64,000 nt of DNA from Thermoproteota archaeon (GCA_037917685.1 JAVCBU010000011.1:77489-141488), one strand, 5' to 3'. Counted from the first letter of the stretch, positions 44,201 through 53,580 are shown. The notes: generated by a model not told the origin, from the letters alone. Translations and numbers: made by a program.

Positions 44201-44447
44201 ATTCTATATAGGAGGCCTCATCATCTTCGTAGTGCTCAACAACGGTGCATATGCCAACAGCTCTATTATCTAAAAAAGCCACTAGTGGGGCGAAGGACCT
44301 TACTGATCTTATCCAGTCTAAAACTCTGTCCTCTGTGTAGGGTACCCCGCCTGTGAGGCCGCCAGGCCATCCCTCCTCACTTTCATTAAGCATTCTTGCG
44401 ACATTCGGAGCATCCACAGGCTTAAATTTCCTAATTACAAGCGACAT
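41253..44447 (-). CDS. Large GNAT N-acetyltransferase with a long beta-rich C-terminal region
   Basis: N-terminal LNVHPDYRGRGIG and NINAVPLYKKTGF; about 900 further residues unassigned. Confidence 0.8.
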   Translation of the reverse strand: MSLVIRKFKPVDAPNVARMLNESEEGWPGGLTGGVPYTEDRVLDWIRSVRSFAPLVAFLDNRAVGICTVVEHYEDDEASYIEFLNVHPDYRGRGIGRSLLLRAIGESIKLGYKRVDLHTWSGNINAVPLYKKTGFYWVPKTSVYMQNYIPAILTHPLTRRFVRVHGLSHPSWYGRLVRKLDLKDDDYRYEGIKAFPYRFRADSEELIVIVDREARDIAGVETPRVKAGMMIEEQDAPAGFPQHVTWIIRNKNDKPLKVTIEAVEAEDAEIGPISPKSATVNPGEEATFKAVIKPVVEAKYRDEQEKAWRVKSTLNISGLRVPLCIGIRIKQPVAVSISPHPFTLWSGGEGYLNVDLKSEIRDSCRVRVDISHPTGIALDRTSAEISMTPIEHSGFRVKVKPEGPGLYMLKLIPHVEARGLKVRCKPITYNVRVHSHSTVLYGYEGIRNQLVAGNESIIVEVPTIRGSNVRILDGKTLTYSVLGIAEGLGPPYWPSEFERKKFKVEVQESKEGLTIRLESDSKKQAGIRMVKEILIPRGSHLVRLRYGFKNTSTREAEFKVKVRCWLNCFGKYYTIPSEKGLVRTLFTEGDFPFWEGDLPKKPGEYREGWIAVEDKEKGLVSAVLWRSPEEVDIGGGRAAFVYPVRVKPNSEYWTEPLYYYVGPGSWVNISRIWRRMFKGKPAEYEDTPPSYDEPVRLKLSPLIIGGQGKINLTLENLRLRRQSGTVRLKPPEGWSIEPTLVKVENLNIENPLRRSLEVKPHCRSGAYRLTAELELEGILQVKSIPLIHVGGGSKVEISEEKYKEARVFRVGNGYLEYLVGKELGAPLFSLKAGGDELLNSSFPKPRPYSWFGNWLGGICMFGTEQTRWRWSLQREKWTVKKIEGEKWAGIAAECTPEREEHDRIWGLKLRVEYLTMQMARFLLIKFSAENTTNAYRHVTPVIGFFLRLKRPGGEYRFILPGEREIVRREGRYMAWAQAERNYIIAYNTSGWPYITLVSREGAAKVIMGDESQEYGGNLLATAYLHLKPKTRRTYTLLFAVSESLEEARNYSLLSNQPEDTWAPT

Positions 44448-44634
44448 ACAAATACTGAAAACCTAATAGAAATATTTAAGCCTACCATGAACACGGCCTT
44501 CCAGCAAAAGACTTCAGAAACAGTCACCAGAAAATACGAGTTTTAAATTGTAATTGGTCAGAGTATAGCAGTATAACCAAGAAACTGAAATGTAGAGAGA
44601 ACTTAATATTTCGGTATTTCGCCATAATACATGA

Positions 44635-44860
44635 ATGTCCCTAATAGAAGAGTTAACACGGGAGATGGAGTAAAATCCGGAGAAAGCCAGAAAACTCATA
44701 GAGAAAATTCTAAGCGCAGAGCCTGAGCTTTCGATAGCAGTACAGATAAGTACAGTACTCAGAGGGAGTCCTTTCAGCGCCTAGAAGCGTGGCTAGAGAG
44801 CTTAAGAAAACCGCTGCCGAATACAACATTGAGTTGGTGATTGGTGGACCATCTAGGTGA
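44635..44860 (+). pseudogene. Possible decayed gene remnant
   Basis: MSLIEELTREME*NPEKARKLIEKIL... followed in another frame by VARELKKTAAEYNIELVIG; protein-like but broken. Confidence 0.3.
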
Positions 44861-44912
44861 TTTAAAACTCTTGAGCGGTTTAGCATTCTTATGCTTTGCC
44901 ATACGGCTTGAT

Positions 44913-47900
44913 TTAGGGAATTTCTGTCTGCCGTGAAGTATTTTCTAACTTTTTAAGGATGAGATATGCCTTCATTAGGTTTTCCGCCTGTTGCTGGAGA
45001 TACGATCTGAGCTTCTGTCTTAGATATTTAGTGTATGTTCTCCACTTCTCTACTCCCTTCTCTTCTAGGATAGTCTTCGACTTTTCGAACTCTATCTGGA
45101 GCGACTGGAGATCTGTCTCCTGCCTCAGCCCCAACGCTTGTATTACCGCTTGGTATGTTGGTTTTTCTATTCCGAGTTTTTTGGATGCTAACTTCTTAAC
45201 CTCGATGAGATCTATTGCCCTAAAGGTTAAGGAGAGGGTTTTGAGGCCAAGTTTTTCCAGCGATTCTTCTATGCTGTCCCCATCGTAGACCACCATTTTA
45301 AAGTCTTGGTTTATTAGCCTGTGTAGGGCTAGGGAGGCATCCTCCCAGCCTTCTTGGAGGTAGTACTCCCGGGAGGCCTCGGAGTAAACATGTTTCTCTC
45401 CATCGTATATCTCTATAGCGCCTATCACATAGTTCTCCGATAGGGGTATTGATACTACGCCTAATACTGCCATCCTGAGCGCCCGGGAAATCCTTGGTAT
45501 TAATATTTCCATCCCCTTCACTTTTACCTTGATCCTCATGGTTTGGAGCATATAATCTATTATCCTAGAGGCATATGCAGCGGCAAGGTCCCATCTAAGC
45601 CCTCTTGATAGAAGCGTTGAATGTGCTTCCTCGTCCAATGCTTGGAGTATTATTTCGGATATGTCGTCGGGTTTGAAACTTTCGATGTTCCTCTTCAAAG
45701 AGATCCAGTCAATCTTCTCCAATAGGCCTGCTGATTCCTCTTCGTGTATGCTTACAAGCTTTAGGTTTCCGACGCTTCCCACAGAGTAGGCAAACGTGTC
45801 CAGGGGGATTCCGTACTTGAATCTTAAAACAAGGATTATGTATGCCAGGCCTATTCTAAGCCATCCAAGGTCTTCTGAGGGGTCAACCTCTACAGTTAAG
45901 CCGTAAGTGTAGTCCCTGTATACGCCGCCGGTGGGTCCAACTACTGGTATCACCCTCTGCACCTTGAGGAAGTAGGTTTTACTATTGGAGACCACCAGCT
46001 TAAGCTTCTCCGAGACAATCCTCCAGTTCACCCTGTTAGGCCTTTTAGTCTTAAGTCCAAAACCTTCCCTTGGAGGGTCAACGATGCATATTCCCTCAGA
46101 GTGTAGCCTGCCCTGGTAATAGTCTCTGAAGAGGTTTGCCTGTTCCCCCCACCTATCCTTGATCCTGTAGTACTCCTCAAGGGCCTGTGCGAGGAAGTCT
46201 ATCCTGTTGAGGGTATCATACCTTAGAGGTTGCTCCCACACTCCTGTCACAACCCTACCCTTCCTAATAAGATCTGTTACAATGGCGTCAGCAGTGTAGT
46301 CTATCATGCCTGGCTGAAACCTCTCCACAAGGTCGCAGTACCCTATGTCTTGGAGGTATCTTCCACCGTTCTCCGACTTAACCCTTTTAATACCGTAGGG
46401 CAGGGCGTACTCGTAGAAGTTCATCTTCATGAAGGCTCTCCTACCCTTAGCTGTTAAGCCTTCTCTCCCCGCAAGCCCAAGCTTTGAGAGGAGGCTGAAC
46501 TCTTCCCTGGTTACAAGCCCCTTAAGTTTCGGATGTGAAAGTTTGAAAAGCCCTTCAAAGAGGGTTGAATACTTGTTTTCCGGGTTTACAATGGTCTTCT
46601 CAAGGGGTAGGGAAACCCATTTTCGAAGGAGGTCCACCCCCCGTGTCAGCAGCTCCCTGTCCCACCTGGAGACAGGCACTATCACAGTCTCCGTATTTTC
46701 TATGTCTCTCCTTCTACCTTTACGCCCCTCCCTCTGCCTGTACTCCCTCACATCTTCCGGGAGGCCTAGGTGAACTATTCTCACAACTGTCCCTATGTCG
46801 ATCCCCTGGCTTAGGGTTCTAGGTGATACGAGGACCTTCATCCCGCCTTCCCTAGCCGCCTTCTCAACGAGGGATCTTTTCTCCCTGTCTACCAGGTGGT
46901 GATGGGTGGCTGCAAGCTCCTCTGCCTCAGGCCTTAGGATCCTGAGCCTCCTGTAAACCTCCTCTGCAGACCTGATGCTCCTTGTGAACACGATCGTCAC
47001 GCCCTCGTCTCTTATATAGTTAGCCACGATCTCGGCTGGGTCAACCATGAGTGAGGGGGCAGGTACACCTGACACCCTGGCAGCCTCCAACACCTTGTAG
47101 ACGTTTTTCTTGAAGAGTTCAAAGTCGTCAAGGCAGGATCGAACGTCCCCGCCGAACCCTTTAAACATGTCTCTGTGGCTTCTCAACAGCTCCCAGACCC
47201 TTCTAAGATTCTTCCCTAGAACTACATAGCACCTATTGGCAACCCTGAAAGGCTTCCCCCTAACAATCCTTGTTTCAAGGCCTGTTATCTCTGTTAGAGC
47301 CTTCGACATCTCCCCAGGGTTTCCAAGGGTAGCTGTTAAAACAGACACCTGGAACTGCGAAGGGAGAAGCAGCCTCATCAGCCTTATCATAGAGATGAGC
47401 AGGGCCACCTCCCTCGGCCCGTAGAAGTCAAACTCGTCGATAACAAGTAGTTTAAGGCTTGAAGCGAAGCCGTAAAGGTAGGACCCACTTCTCCCCCACT
47501 TCTTCAAGTCATTTATCAGGAATGCCGGGTTTGTAATCAGAAGGTCGGCTGTTGACAGGTAGCTTCTAAGCTGCTTGCTTCCAAGCCTGGACACGAGAAG
47601 GTCTCTTCTCCCGGCATCGAGAGCCTCACATTCCAGTCCTAAAGCCTCAGAGTATGCTTTAAGCCTCCTAACCTGGTCATTGGATAGGGCGAGCGTGGGG
47701 TAGACAACCATGGTCCTAGCCCTTTGGGAAGCGGAGTAGGAGAACCACGCCTCAGTCTTCCCGCTTCCGGTGCCAGATATAAGTATAAGATTTGAACCGC
47801 TCCTCAGGGCATCGTAGGCCTCAAGCTGATGCCTATAAAGCTTCTGCCCAGCAATTCGCCCAAACTCTCCGACAGCCGACTCCAGGCCTGGAAGGATTTC

Positions 47901-48005
47901 GCCGAATGAAACATCGACAGTCTCAGGGTTTGAAGCATCCTCGCTGAAAGAGTAGTAGTCATAGCCAAGGGCTTCGAGAAGCTCCGATGAGGAAACCCTA
48001 ACCAA
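44913..48005 (-). CDS. SF2 DEAD/DEAH-type helicase (Hrq1/YprA-like core) with a long C-terminal extension
   Basis: Q-motif LYRHQ, SGTGSGKT, YPTLAL, ITNP, DEFD, TAT, SQGIDIG and QREGRKGR. Confidence 0.88.
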   Translation of the reverse strand: MVRVSSSELLEALGYDYYSFSEDASNPETVDVSFGEILPGLESAVGEFGRIAGQKLYRHQLEAYDALRSGSNLILISGTGSGKTEAWFSYSASQRARTMVVYPTLALSNDQVRRLKAYSEALGLECEALDAGRRDLLVSRLGSKQLRSYLSTADLLITNPAFLINDLKKWGRSGSYLYGFASSLKLLVIDEFDFYGPREVALLISMIRLMRLLLPSQFQVSVLTATLGNPGEMSKALTEITGLETRIVRGKPFRVANRCYVVLGKNLRRVWELLRSHRDMFKGFGGDVRSCLDDFELFKKNVYKVLEAARVSGVPAPSLMVDPAEIVANYIRDEGVTIVFTRSIRSAEEVYRRLRILRPEAEELAATHHHLVDREKRSLVEKAAREGGMKVLVSPRTLSQGIDIGTVVRIVHLGLPEDVREYRQREGRKGRRRDIENTETVIVPVSRWDRELLTRGVDLLRKWVSLPLEKTIVNPENKYSTLFEGLFKLSHPKLKGLVTREEFSLLSKLGLAGREGLTAKGRRAFMKMNFYEYALPYGIKRVKSENGGRYLQDIGYCDLVERFQPGMIDYTADAIVTDLIRKGRVVTGVWEQPLRYDTLNRIDFLAQALEEYYRIKDRWGEQANLFRDYYQGRLHSEGICIVDPPREGFGLKTKRPNRVNWRIVSEKLKLVVSNSKTYFLKVQRVIPVVGPTGGVYRDYTYGLTVEVDPSEDLGWLRIGLAYIILVLRFKYGIPLDTFAYSVGSVGNLKLVSIHEEESAGLLEKIDWISLKRNIESFKPDDISEIILQALDEEAHSTLLSRGLRWDLAAAYASRIIDYMLQTMRIKVKVKGMEILIPRISRALRMAVLGVVSIPLSENYVIGAIEIYDGEKHVYSEASREYYLQEGWEDASLALHRLINQDFKMVVYDGDSIEESLEKLGLKTLSLTFRAIDLIEVKKLASKKLGIEKPTYQAVIQALGLRQETDLQSLQIEFEKSKTILEEKGVEKWRTYTKYLRQKLRSYLQQQAENLMKAYLILKKLENTSRQTEIP

Positions 48006-48153
48006 CGCTTCTCACTATAACAAGGTGCTAACTCATTAAAATAATAGAGAGCGTGAATCTTAGGGGACAGTCAGCTGGGACCGCAGCCTAGCAGCTCTAG
48101 CAACTTTAGCCCCATCCAAGGATTCGGCCCCACTTTCATGAGCCGGCTGGAAT

Positions 48154-49569
48154 CTACGGCCTTTTAATCTTCCATATGGGCCCATCGGGGGTATCTTCTA
48201 TTATCACCCCTACCTCGGCGAGCCTGCTCCTGATCATGTCACTTGCCTCGTATTGTTTCATCTTTCTCAGCTCCTCTCTCACCTCAACTATGGCATCTAG
48301 CAGCTTCTCAACGAGCCCTCCACCATACTCCTCCCTACGCTGGAGTATTCCGAAGACCCAGCCCATTCTTCGAACGGTGTCGAGCACCTTTTCCTTAGCT
48401 TCCCCACTGATGCTTCTGCGGCTCGCCGCATACCTACCCATTTCCCTCAGCAGCATGTGAAGCTTTGAAAGCGCAAGTGGAGTGTTAAAGTCGTCATCCA
48501 TCGCCTCCTCAAACTCTGAAAGGAGTTTTTCAGCCTTCAATTCTAATTCCTCCCCTCCCTCCCCCTCCTCCAGCCTCCTGAACGAGTCTATCGTGTTGTA
48601 CATACCTTCAAGCGTATCCCTAGCCTTTGCAAGATCCTCCTCCCTATAGTGTATAGGCTTCCGGTAATGGGTCTGGACTACGTAGAGCCTTATGGCTTCA
48701 GCGCCGTACTTCGAGAGTGCCTCCCTAACGGTTATAAAGTTCTTTAGAGACTTGGACATCTTCTCACCACCTATCATTAGCACTCCCGAGTGCAGCCAGT
48801 ACTTGACGAATGGTTTTCTGCCCGTGTACGCCTCTGCCTGCGCGATTTCATTGGTATGATGCGGGAATATCAGCTCCGTAGCCCCGCCGTGAAGGTCGTA
48901 CTGGGGTCCGAAAATAGTGATGGTCATAGCTGTGTCTTCAATGTGCCAGCCGGGCCTGCCAGGCCCCCATGGACTATCCCAGTATGGCTCTCCCGGCTTG
49001 GCGGACTTCCAAAGGGCAAAGTCTAGGGGGCTCTTCTTCCTAGGGTCCGGCTCTATTCTATGCTTCTTCAGATCCTCAAGCCTCATCCCGGAAAGCCTAG
49101 TGTAGTCTGGAAACTTTGGCACGTGGTAGTAGACATCTCCATCAACCTGGTAGGCATACCCCTTCTCGATCAAGCCCTTAACCTGCTCTATCATCTCGGG
49201 GATGTAGTCCGACGACTTCGGGAAGAGGTTAACATTCTGTTTAACCCCTAGGGCCTCCATGTCCTCATAGAATCTCTCCAAGTACAGGCTTGAAAGCTCG
49301 TCCCAGCTCATTCCCCGCTCCCTAGCCCTCCTTATAATCTTGTCATCGATGTCCGTAACATTCTGAACATAGAACACCGAGTACCCTCGGTAGCGGAGCC
49401 ACCTAACAATCACGTCGAAGTTTATATAGGTCTTGGCATGGCCCAGGTGTGCATCATCATAAACAGTCTGGCCGCAGACGAACATGTTTACACGTCGTCC
49501 CCTGAGAGGGGTGAACTCCTCCTTACGCCTGGTAAGCGTATTATAAACCCGCAACACAATAGAAACCAC
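48154..49569 (-). CDS. cysS: Cysteinyl-tRNA synthetase
   Basis: CGQTVY, HLGH, DFALWK, GRPGWHIE, FPHH and KMSKS. Confidence 0.96.
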   Translation of the reverse strand: MVSIVLRVYNTLTRRKEEFTPLRGRRVNMFVCGQTVYDDAHLGHAKTYINFDVIVRWLRYRGYSVFYVQNVTDIDDKIIRRARERGMSWDELSSLYLERFYEDMEALGVKQNVNLFPKSSDYIPEMIEQVKGLIEKGYAYQVDGDVYYHVPKFPDYTRLSGMRLEDLKKHRIEPDPRKKSPLDFALWKSAKPGEPYWDSPWGPGRPGWHIEDTAMTITIFGPQYDLHGGATELIFPHHTNEIAQAEAYTGRKPFVKYWLHSGVLMIGGEKMSKSLKNFITVREALSKYGAEAIRLYVVQTHYRKPIHYREEDLAKARDTLEGMYNTIDSFRRLEEGEGGEELELKAEKLLSEFEEAMDDDFNTPLALSKLHMLLREMGRYAASRRSISGEAKEKVLDTVRRMGWVFGILQRREEYGGGLVEKLLDAIVEVREELRKMKQYEASDMIRSRLAEVGVIIEDTPDGPIWKIKRP

Positions 49570-49708
49570 CCTCCAGCCATAAAGTGCAGGGCTACTTATT
49601 AAACTTTACATAATTCCTAGCTAAGGGTGACATTTCAACATGCTATGCCAACATCTCACAGCCTGTGAAGAATGTTAGCTGTCCACCTCCACAACCTGGG
49701 TAGGCTTT

Positions 49709-51323
49709 CTAACAATCGTTTGTTCTGGGATTGTTAATCCCCACTTTCCATGCGAGGAGGAGTATGAGGATCAGACCCATAGCGGACATAGCTATAACGA
49801 CATCCCTAGCACTCCGCAACCTGCCTCCAGAGGCTTGGCTGGGCTGGGTTATGGTGGGAGTCCCAGCAACCTCCGAGCTAACTCCGTATATCGGCCTGCC
49901 ACCATACACATCTTCCAAGTACTTTACAAACACGTCGACATAGGAGATGTTTAGGAAGACAGCCTCCTCAACTTTAAGGATGAGTTTTAGACGGTAGAGT
50001 AGATAGTCACATGTTGCAACTTTAACAAAAAGCAACACTAAAACAGCAATAAAAACGTTTTAGACGGTAGAGTAGATAGTCACATGTTGCAACCATGTAG
50101 GATTTGCCGTCAATTATTAAGCTTCCGTTCGTAAGCATGCCACCCTTCACACCGGAGAAGCAGTATCGGGAAAGCAGTCTCTTAAGGGCCTCACCCCTCA
50201 GCTTAACTAGTACCACAGTGTTAGGGAAGGGGAAGACTCTGAGAACATCCTCCATGTCTATCTCCCCCTCGCCTATGGCTGCCCTTGTCCCCCCCATATT
50301 GTAGAACCCTAGGTCCGCACCCGTATACCATCTCATGGCGTCAGCCATTAGAAGGCAGAGGTCGTGCTTTCCCAGGGTTTTACCCGCATATCCGACTCGC
50401 CGTGAAAGGTAGCCTGACAGGTTCGCCTCGAACACTTCAATTATTCCCCTAATTCTCTCATCAGCCGCTATGGGAGGGCTTTCAGCTTCTAGGAGGCTGC
50501 TTTCATCCATGTCAACCTTCACCCCACGGCCCACGTATAGGACGAGCTTGCCGAGCTGCTTCCCATGCCCCCCGGTTTGGACGATAGCCGTCCCCCTGAT
50601 GAGAACTGGTTTCACGAGGGAAATCTCACTATGCCCTCCAACAATGACATCTATACCCCTTACACGGCTTGCAAGCTCCCTGTCAGCGTTCAGGCCAAGA
50701 TGAGATAGAACAACCAAAAGGTTGACTCTGCTCCTTAACAGGCATACATACCTTTCGACCTCGGTGAATGGATCTTTAAGCGTAAGTTCACCGGTAAGCG
50801 CTGGAAGCGTTATCGGGGCATCTGTCGTGACACCGATAACCCCAACCCTCAAGCTACCAACATTAATTATGGTGTAGGGCTCCACAATAAGGCTCATGTT
50901 GTCTGAGTAGTAGGCATTGCAACAGACAAACTTGAAATTGGAAATCCCTACAAGCCTAGACGTAACATTTAACCCCTTGTCAAACTCGTGGTTTCCAAGA
51001 GTGCACGCGTCGTACCCCACGAGGTTCATAGCCTCAACCATGGGAACACCGTCGTACAGGTCGCAAAGCGGCTCACCCATCGTAAAATCCCCAGCATCAA
51101 AAAGCAGCGTGTTATTCTCGGATGCTCTAATCTCAGAGACTAGACTTGAAAGCAGCATAAGCCCACCATACATGGACCCATCCCTATAGTAGGGCTTAAC
51201 CGCCCCGTGAAGGTCGTTTGTATATAGAATCACAATCCTAACCCCGCCACCCATACAGGGGGGTGGAGACGCACACCATAAGAATAGGACAACCACTAAG
51301 AGTCTAGTTCTAAATGTAGACAT
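49709..51323 (-). pseudogene. Secreted, membrane-anchored 5'-nucleotidase/metallophosphatase disrupted by a 73-bp insertion
   Basis: TNDLHG, DAGD, GNHEFD, LSHLG, GGHS, NMGGTR and FPFPN; removing one repeat plus the spacer (73 bp) joins the two ORFs in frame through to a C-terminal TM anchor. Confidence 0.88.
49984..50093. CRISPR. Single repeat-spacer-repeat unit (37/36/37 bp) inside a gene; candidate ectopic spacer integration
   Basis: GTTTTAGACGGTAGAGTAGATAGTCACATGTTGCAAC is exact at 49984-50020 and 50057-50093; the 36-bp insert has 9/36 G+C. The duplication is certain; the CRISPR origin is inferred. Confidence 0.55.
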
Positions 51324-51496
51324 CTCCCGAAGCCCAGATGAACATGGCCATCGAACACTTAAACAGTTTACCATTATCCCCTAAACACCGCGCACAGTAT
51401 GGTAGAGCACTGACTGCCACCCCATACCTCCCCCCACAAGGTGTAAAGCTATGGCAATTATAATTATTATCCGCAAATATGATTTAAGACTGGCAG

Positions 51497-52564
51497 ATGG
51501 AGAGGCTAGTTGTAAACCCGAATCCAACAGTCAGCCTACTATGCTATTCAGTCCTAAGAGTAGAGCCTTACACCTTCTGCAGCTACAGCTGCCCATACTG
51601 CTATAGGAATTGGGCGGCTGAGAAAAGGATGCCAAGGCTGAACATTAAAGACGTCACATCATTCAGGAGGCTAGCCGAGAAGCTTGAGAGAGAAGAGTAC
51701 AAGCTGCCAGTAAGGCTTTCAACCCTCTGCGAGCCCTTCCAGCCAGCCGAGGAAAGGTACAGGCTATCCTTGAGAGTGCTTAAATATGCTCTGCGCTACA
51801 GGATGCCGCTCATAGTATCAACAAAATCCACACTCCCAGCAAGGAAGCCCTGGATCCAGCTGATCTCAGAGCTAGCCTCCCAACAGCTCATAATAGTACA
51901 GTACACAGTTCTAACCCTAGGCCAGGAGTGGACCAGCCTAGAGCCCGGGGCTCCAAGCCCAATGGAGAGGATCAACACTGCAGGGAAGCTTGCGGACGCC
52001 GGGGTGCCCATAGTATTAAGGATACAGCCTGTAATCCCCGGCATAAACGACACCGCCGAAAAACTTGAAGAGCTGATGATAGAAGCCTCAAAGGTAGGAT
52101 TTAAACAGGCAATAATAGAGACAATAAGAACAACCCCGAACTCTGAGTACGCAATGAAATGGTACAGGCCATACCACAGCTCAAAACACCTGGTATCACC
52201 CCCAACATCGTACAAGTATAAGGTAACGGTTAGGGCATTTGAAGCTTCTAGGAAGGCAAACATGAAGCTTTCAGGCTGCAAGGAAGGCTTCCTAGACATG
52301 TACGATGCCGAAAACTGCTGTGGACTCGCCCACATCAAGCAGCACAGCCTAAGAATAACAATAAGAGATATCTACAGGAGGACATCCAAGGGAGAAACCA
52401 TAGAAGAAGCAATAAACAACCTGCTGGAAAACCCGAGATACGTAGAGTCAAATCTAAAAGCCTACCCAAAACCAGTAAGGAAGAAACTGAGGAAACACCA
52501 CAGCATGCTTATAAAATACATACAGACAGGCCTAGCAGCCAAGATAGTCCCAGCACTACAATAA
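51497..52564 (+). CDS. Radical SAM protein (SPL-like family)
   Basis: CSYSCPYC, EPFQPAE, STKS, LEPGAPSP and RIQPVIPG. Confidence 0.88.
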   Translation: MERLVVNPNPTVSLLCYSVLRVEPYTFCSYSCPYCYRNWAAEKRMPRLNIKDVTSFRRLAEKLEREEYKLPVRLSTLCEPFQPAEERYRLSLRVLKYALRYRMPLIVSTKSTLPARKPWIQLISELASQQLIIVQYTVLTLGQEWTSLEPGAPSPMERINTAGKLADAGVPIVLRIQPVIPGINDTAEKLEELMIEASKVGFKQAIIETIRTTPNSEYAMKWYRPYHSSKHLVSPPTSYKYKVTVRAFEASRKANMKLSGCKEGFLDMYDAENCCGLAHIKQHSLRITIRDIYRRTSKGETIEEAINNLLENPRYVESNLKAYPKPVRKKLRKHHSMLIKYIQTGLAAKIVPALQ

Positions 52565-52647
52565 ACCACACGAATTCCAGACCTACAACACAATATTAAA
52601 ACTCTCAAAAGGGGAAGGCCTACAATAGAAGCCTTAGAGCCGGGAGG

Positions 52648-52673
52648 AGAGTTTTGTTTAAGAGTTTTGTTTA
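52648..52673 (+). repeat. 13-bp perfect tandem duplication
   Basis: AGAGTTTTGTTTA occurs twice upstream of the DtxR-family gene. Confidence 0.85.
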
Positions 52674-52683
52674 AAGTTTATTA

Positions 52684-52699
52684 ATTAGGTCATCCTAAT
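52684..52699. promoter_or_regulatory. DtxR/IdeR-type operator upstream of the regulator
   Basis: ATTAGG-TCAT-CCTAAT palindrome matches the TTAGG-N4-CCTAA core of DtxR boxes. Confidence 0.7.
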
Positions 52700-52708
52700 A
52701 ATTCTAGG

Positions 52709-53176
52709 ATGACCTCACTCATGATTGGGATCACCAGGAGGGTGGAAGACTATCTTAGAAGTATCTATGAGATTGTGGAGCGGAAGGGGTTTGCCCGCAT
52801 CAAAGATATCGCAAGCGACTTGGATGTTAAGCCTTCTAGCGTTGTCGACATGGTGAGGAGGCTTCATAAAATGAATCTTGTCCTTTATGAGAAGTACGGC
52901 GGTATCAGACTGACCAAGAAGGGGATGGAGATAGCTAGGGCTGTTAAAAAAAGGCATGAAACATTCAGGAGGTTCCTTGAGATAATCTTGGTTCCAAGGG
53001 ACATCGCGCTTAGGGACGCCCATGTGCTCGAGCACATGCTCCATCCCAAGACAGTGCTACAGTTTTCTAAGTTTGTCGAGTTTATAACAGGGGTGGAGAG
53101 ACCACAATCCATTAGACGCTGGATGGAGGAGTTTAAGAGGTACTGTGATAGGATGGATGAAGAATGTTCCGAATGA
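52709..53176 (+). CDS. DtxR/MntR family metal-dependent repressor
   Basis: EDYL, YEKYGGIRLT, RHE and AHVLEH. Confidence 0.93.
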   Translation: MTSLMIGITRRVEDYLRSIYEIVERKGFARIKDIASDLDVKPSSVVDMVRRLHKMNLVLYEKYGGIRLTKKGMEIARAVKKRHETFRRFLEIILVPRDIALRDAHVLEHMLHPKTVLQFSKFVEFITGVERPQSIRRWMEEFKRYCDRMDEECSE

Positions 53177-53270
53177 TTTTAGGCTAAGAAATGTTCTCTC
53201 TAACATTTTTAGACTTTTTAAAGGTTTCCTAGGCTTTTTAGGGTATTCTTTATATGTTTCAAGGGGTTTA

Positions 53271-53284
53271 CTAGGATAGCCTAG
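53271..53284. promoter_or_regulatory. DtxR-type operator upstream of feoA
   Basis: CTAGG-ATAG-CCTAG palindrome downstream of a TTTATAT box near 53250. Confidence 0.65.
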
Positions 53285-53343
53285 ATGTGGCATGTCCCAC
53301 AGCTTACACCAGCCTGGTATGGTGATCGAGGGGGTGGAAATCA

Positions 53344-53580
53344 TTGCAGAAGAGGCTAAGTGAGCTAAGCCCTGGCGAGAAGGGAAGGATAGTAAGAGTT
53401 CTTGGAGACAGAAACCTGAGGAGGAGACTGCTAGACATGGGGCTTGTTAGAGGCGCAGAGGTCGTGATGGTTAGGAAGTCGCCGCTTGGCGATCCAATAG
53501 AGTTCCAGGTGAAAGGTTACAACCTTAGCCTTAGAAAGAGGGAATGCGAGAATGTTTATGTCACGGTGAACCCGAAATGA
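53344..53580 (+). CDS. feoA: Ferrous iron transport protein A
   Basis: RRRLLDMGL, SPLGDP and LSLR. Confidence 0.93.
   Translation: MQKRLSELSPGEKGRIVRVLGDRNLRRRLLDMGLVRGAEVVMVRKSPLGDPIEFQVKGYNLSLRKRECENVYVTVNPK

Noticed and set aside
49984-50093. Ordinary degenerate CRISPR array, or an IS target-site duplication
   Set aside because: There is no leader, no further repeats and no cas genes, and the repeat is in-frame coding sequence. 37 bp is far longer than IS duplications and the insert has no terminal inverted repeats. Kept only as a candidate ectopic integration.
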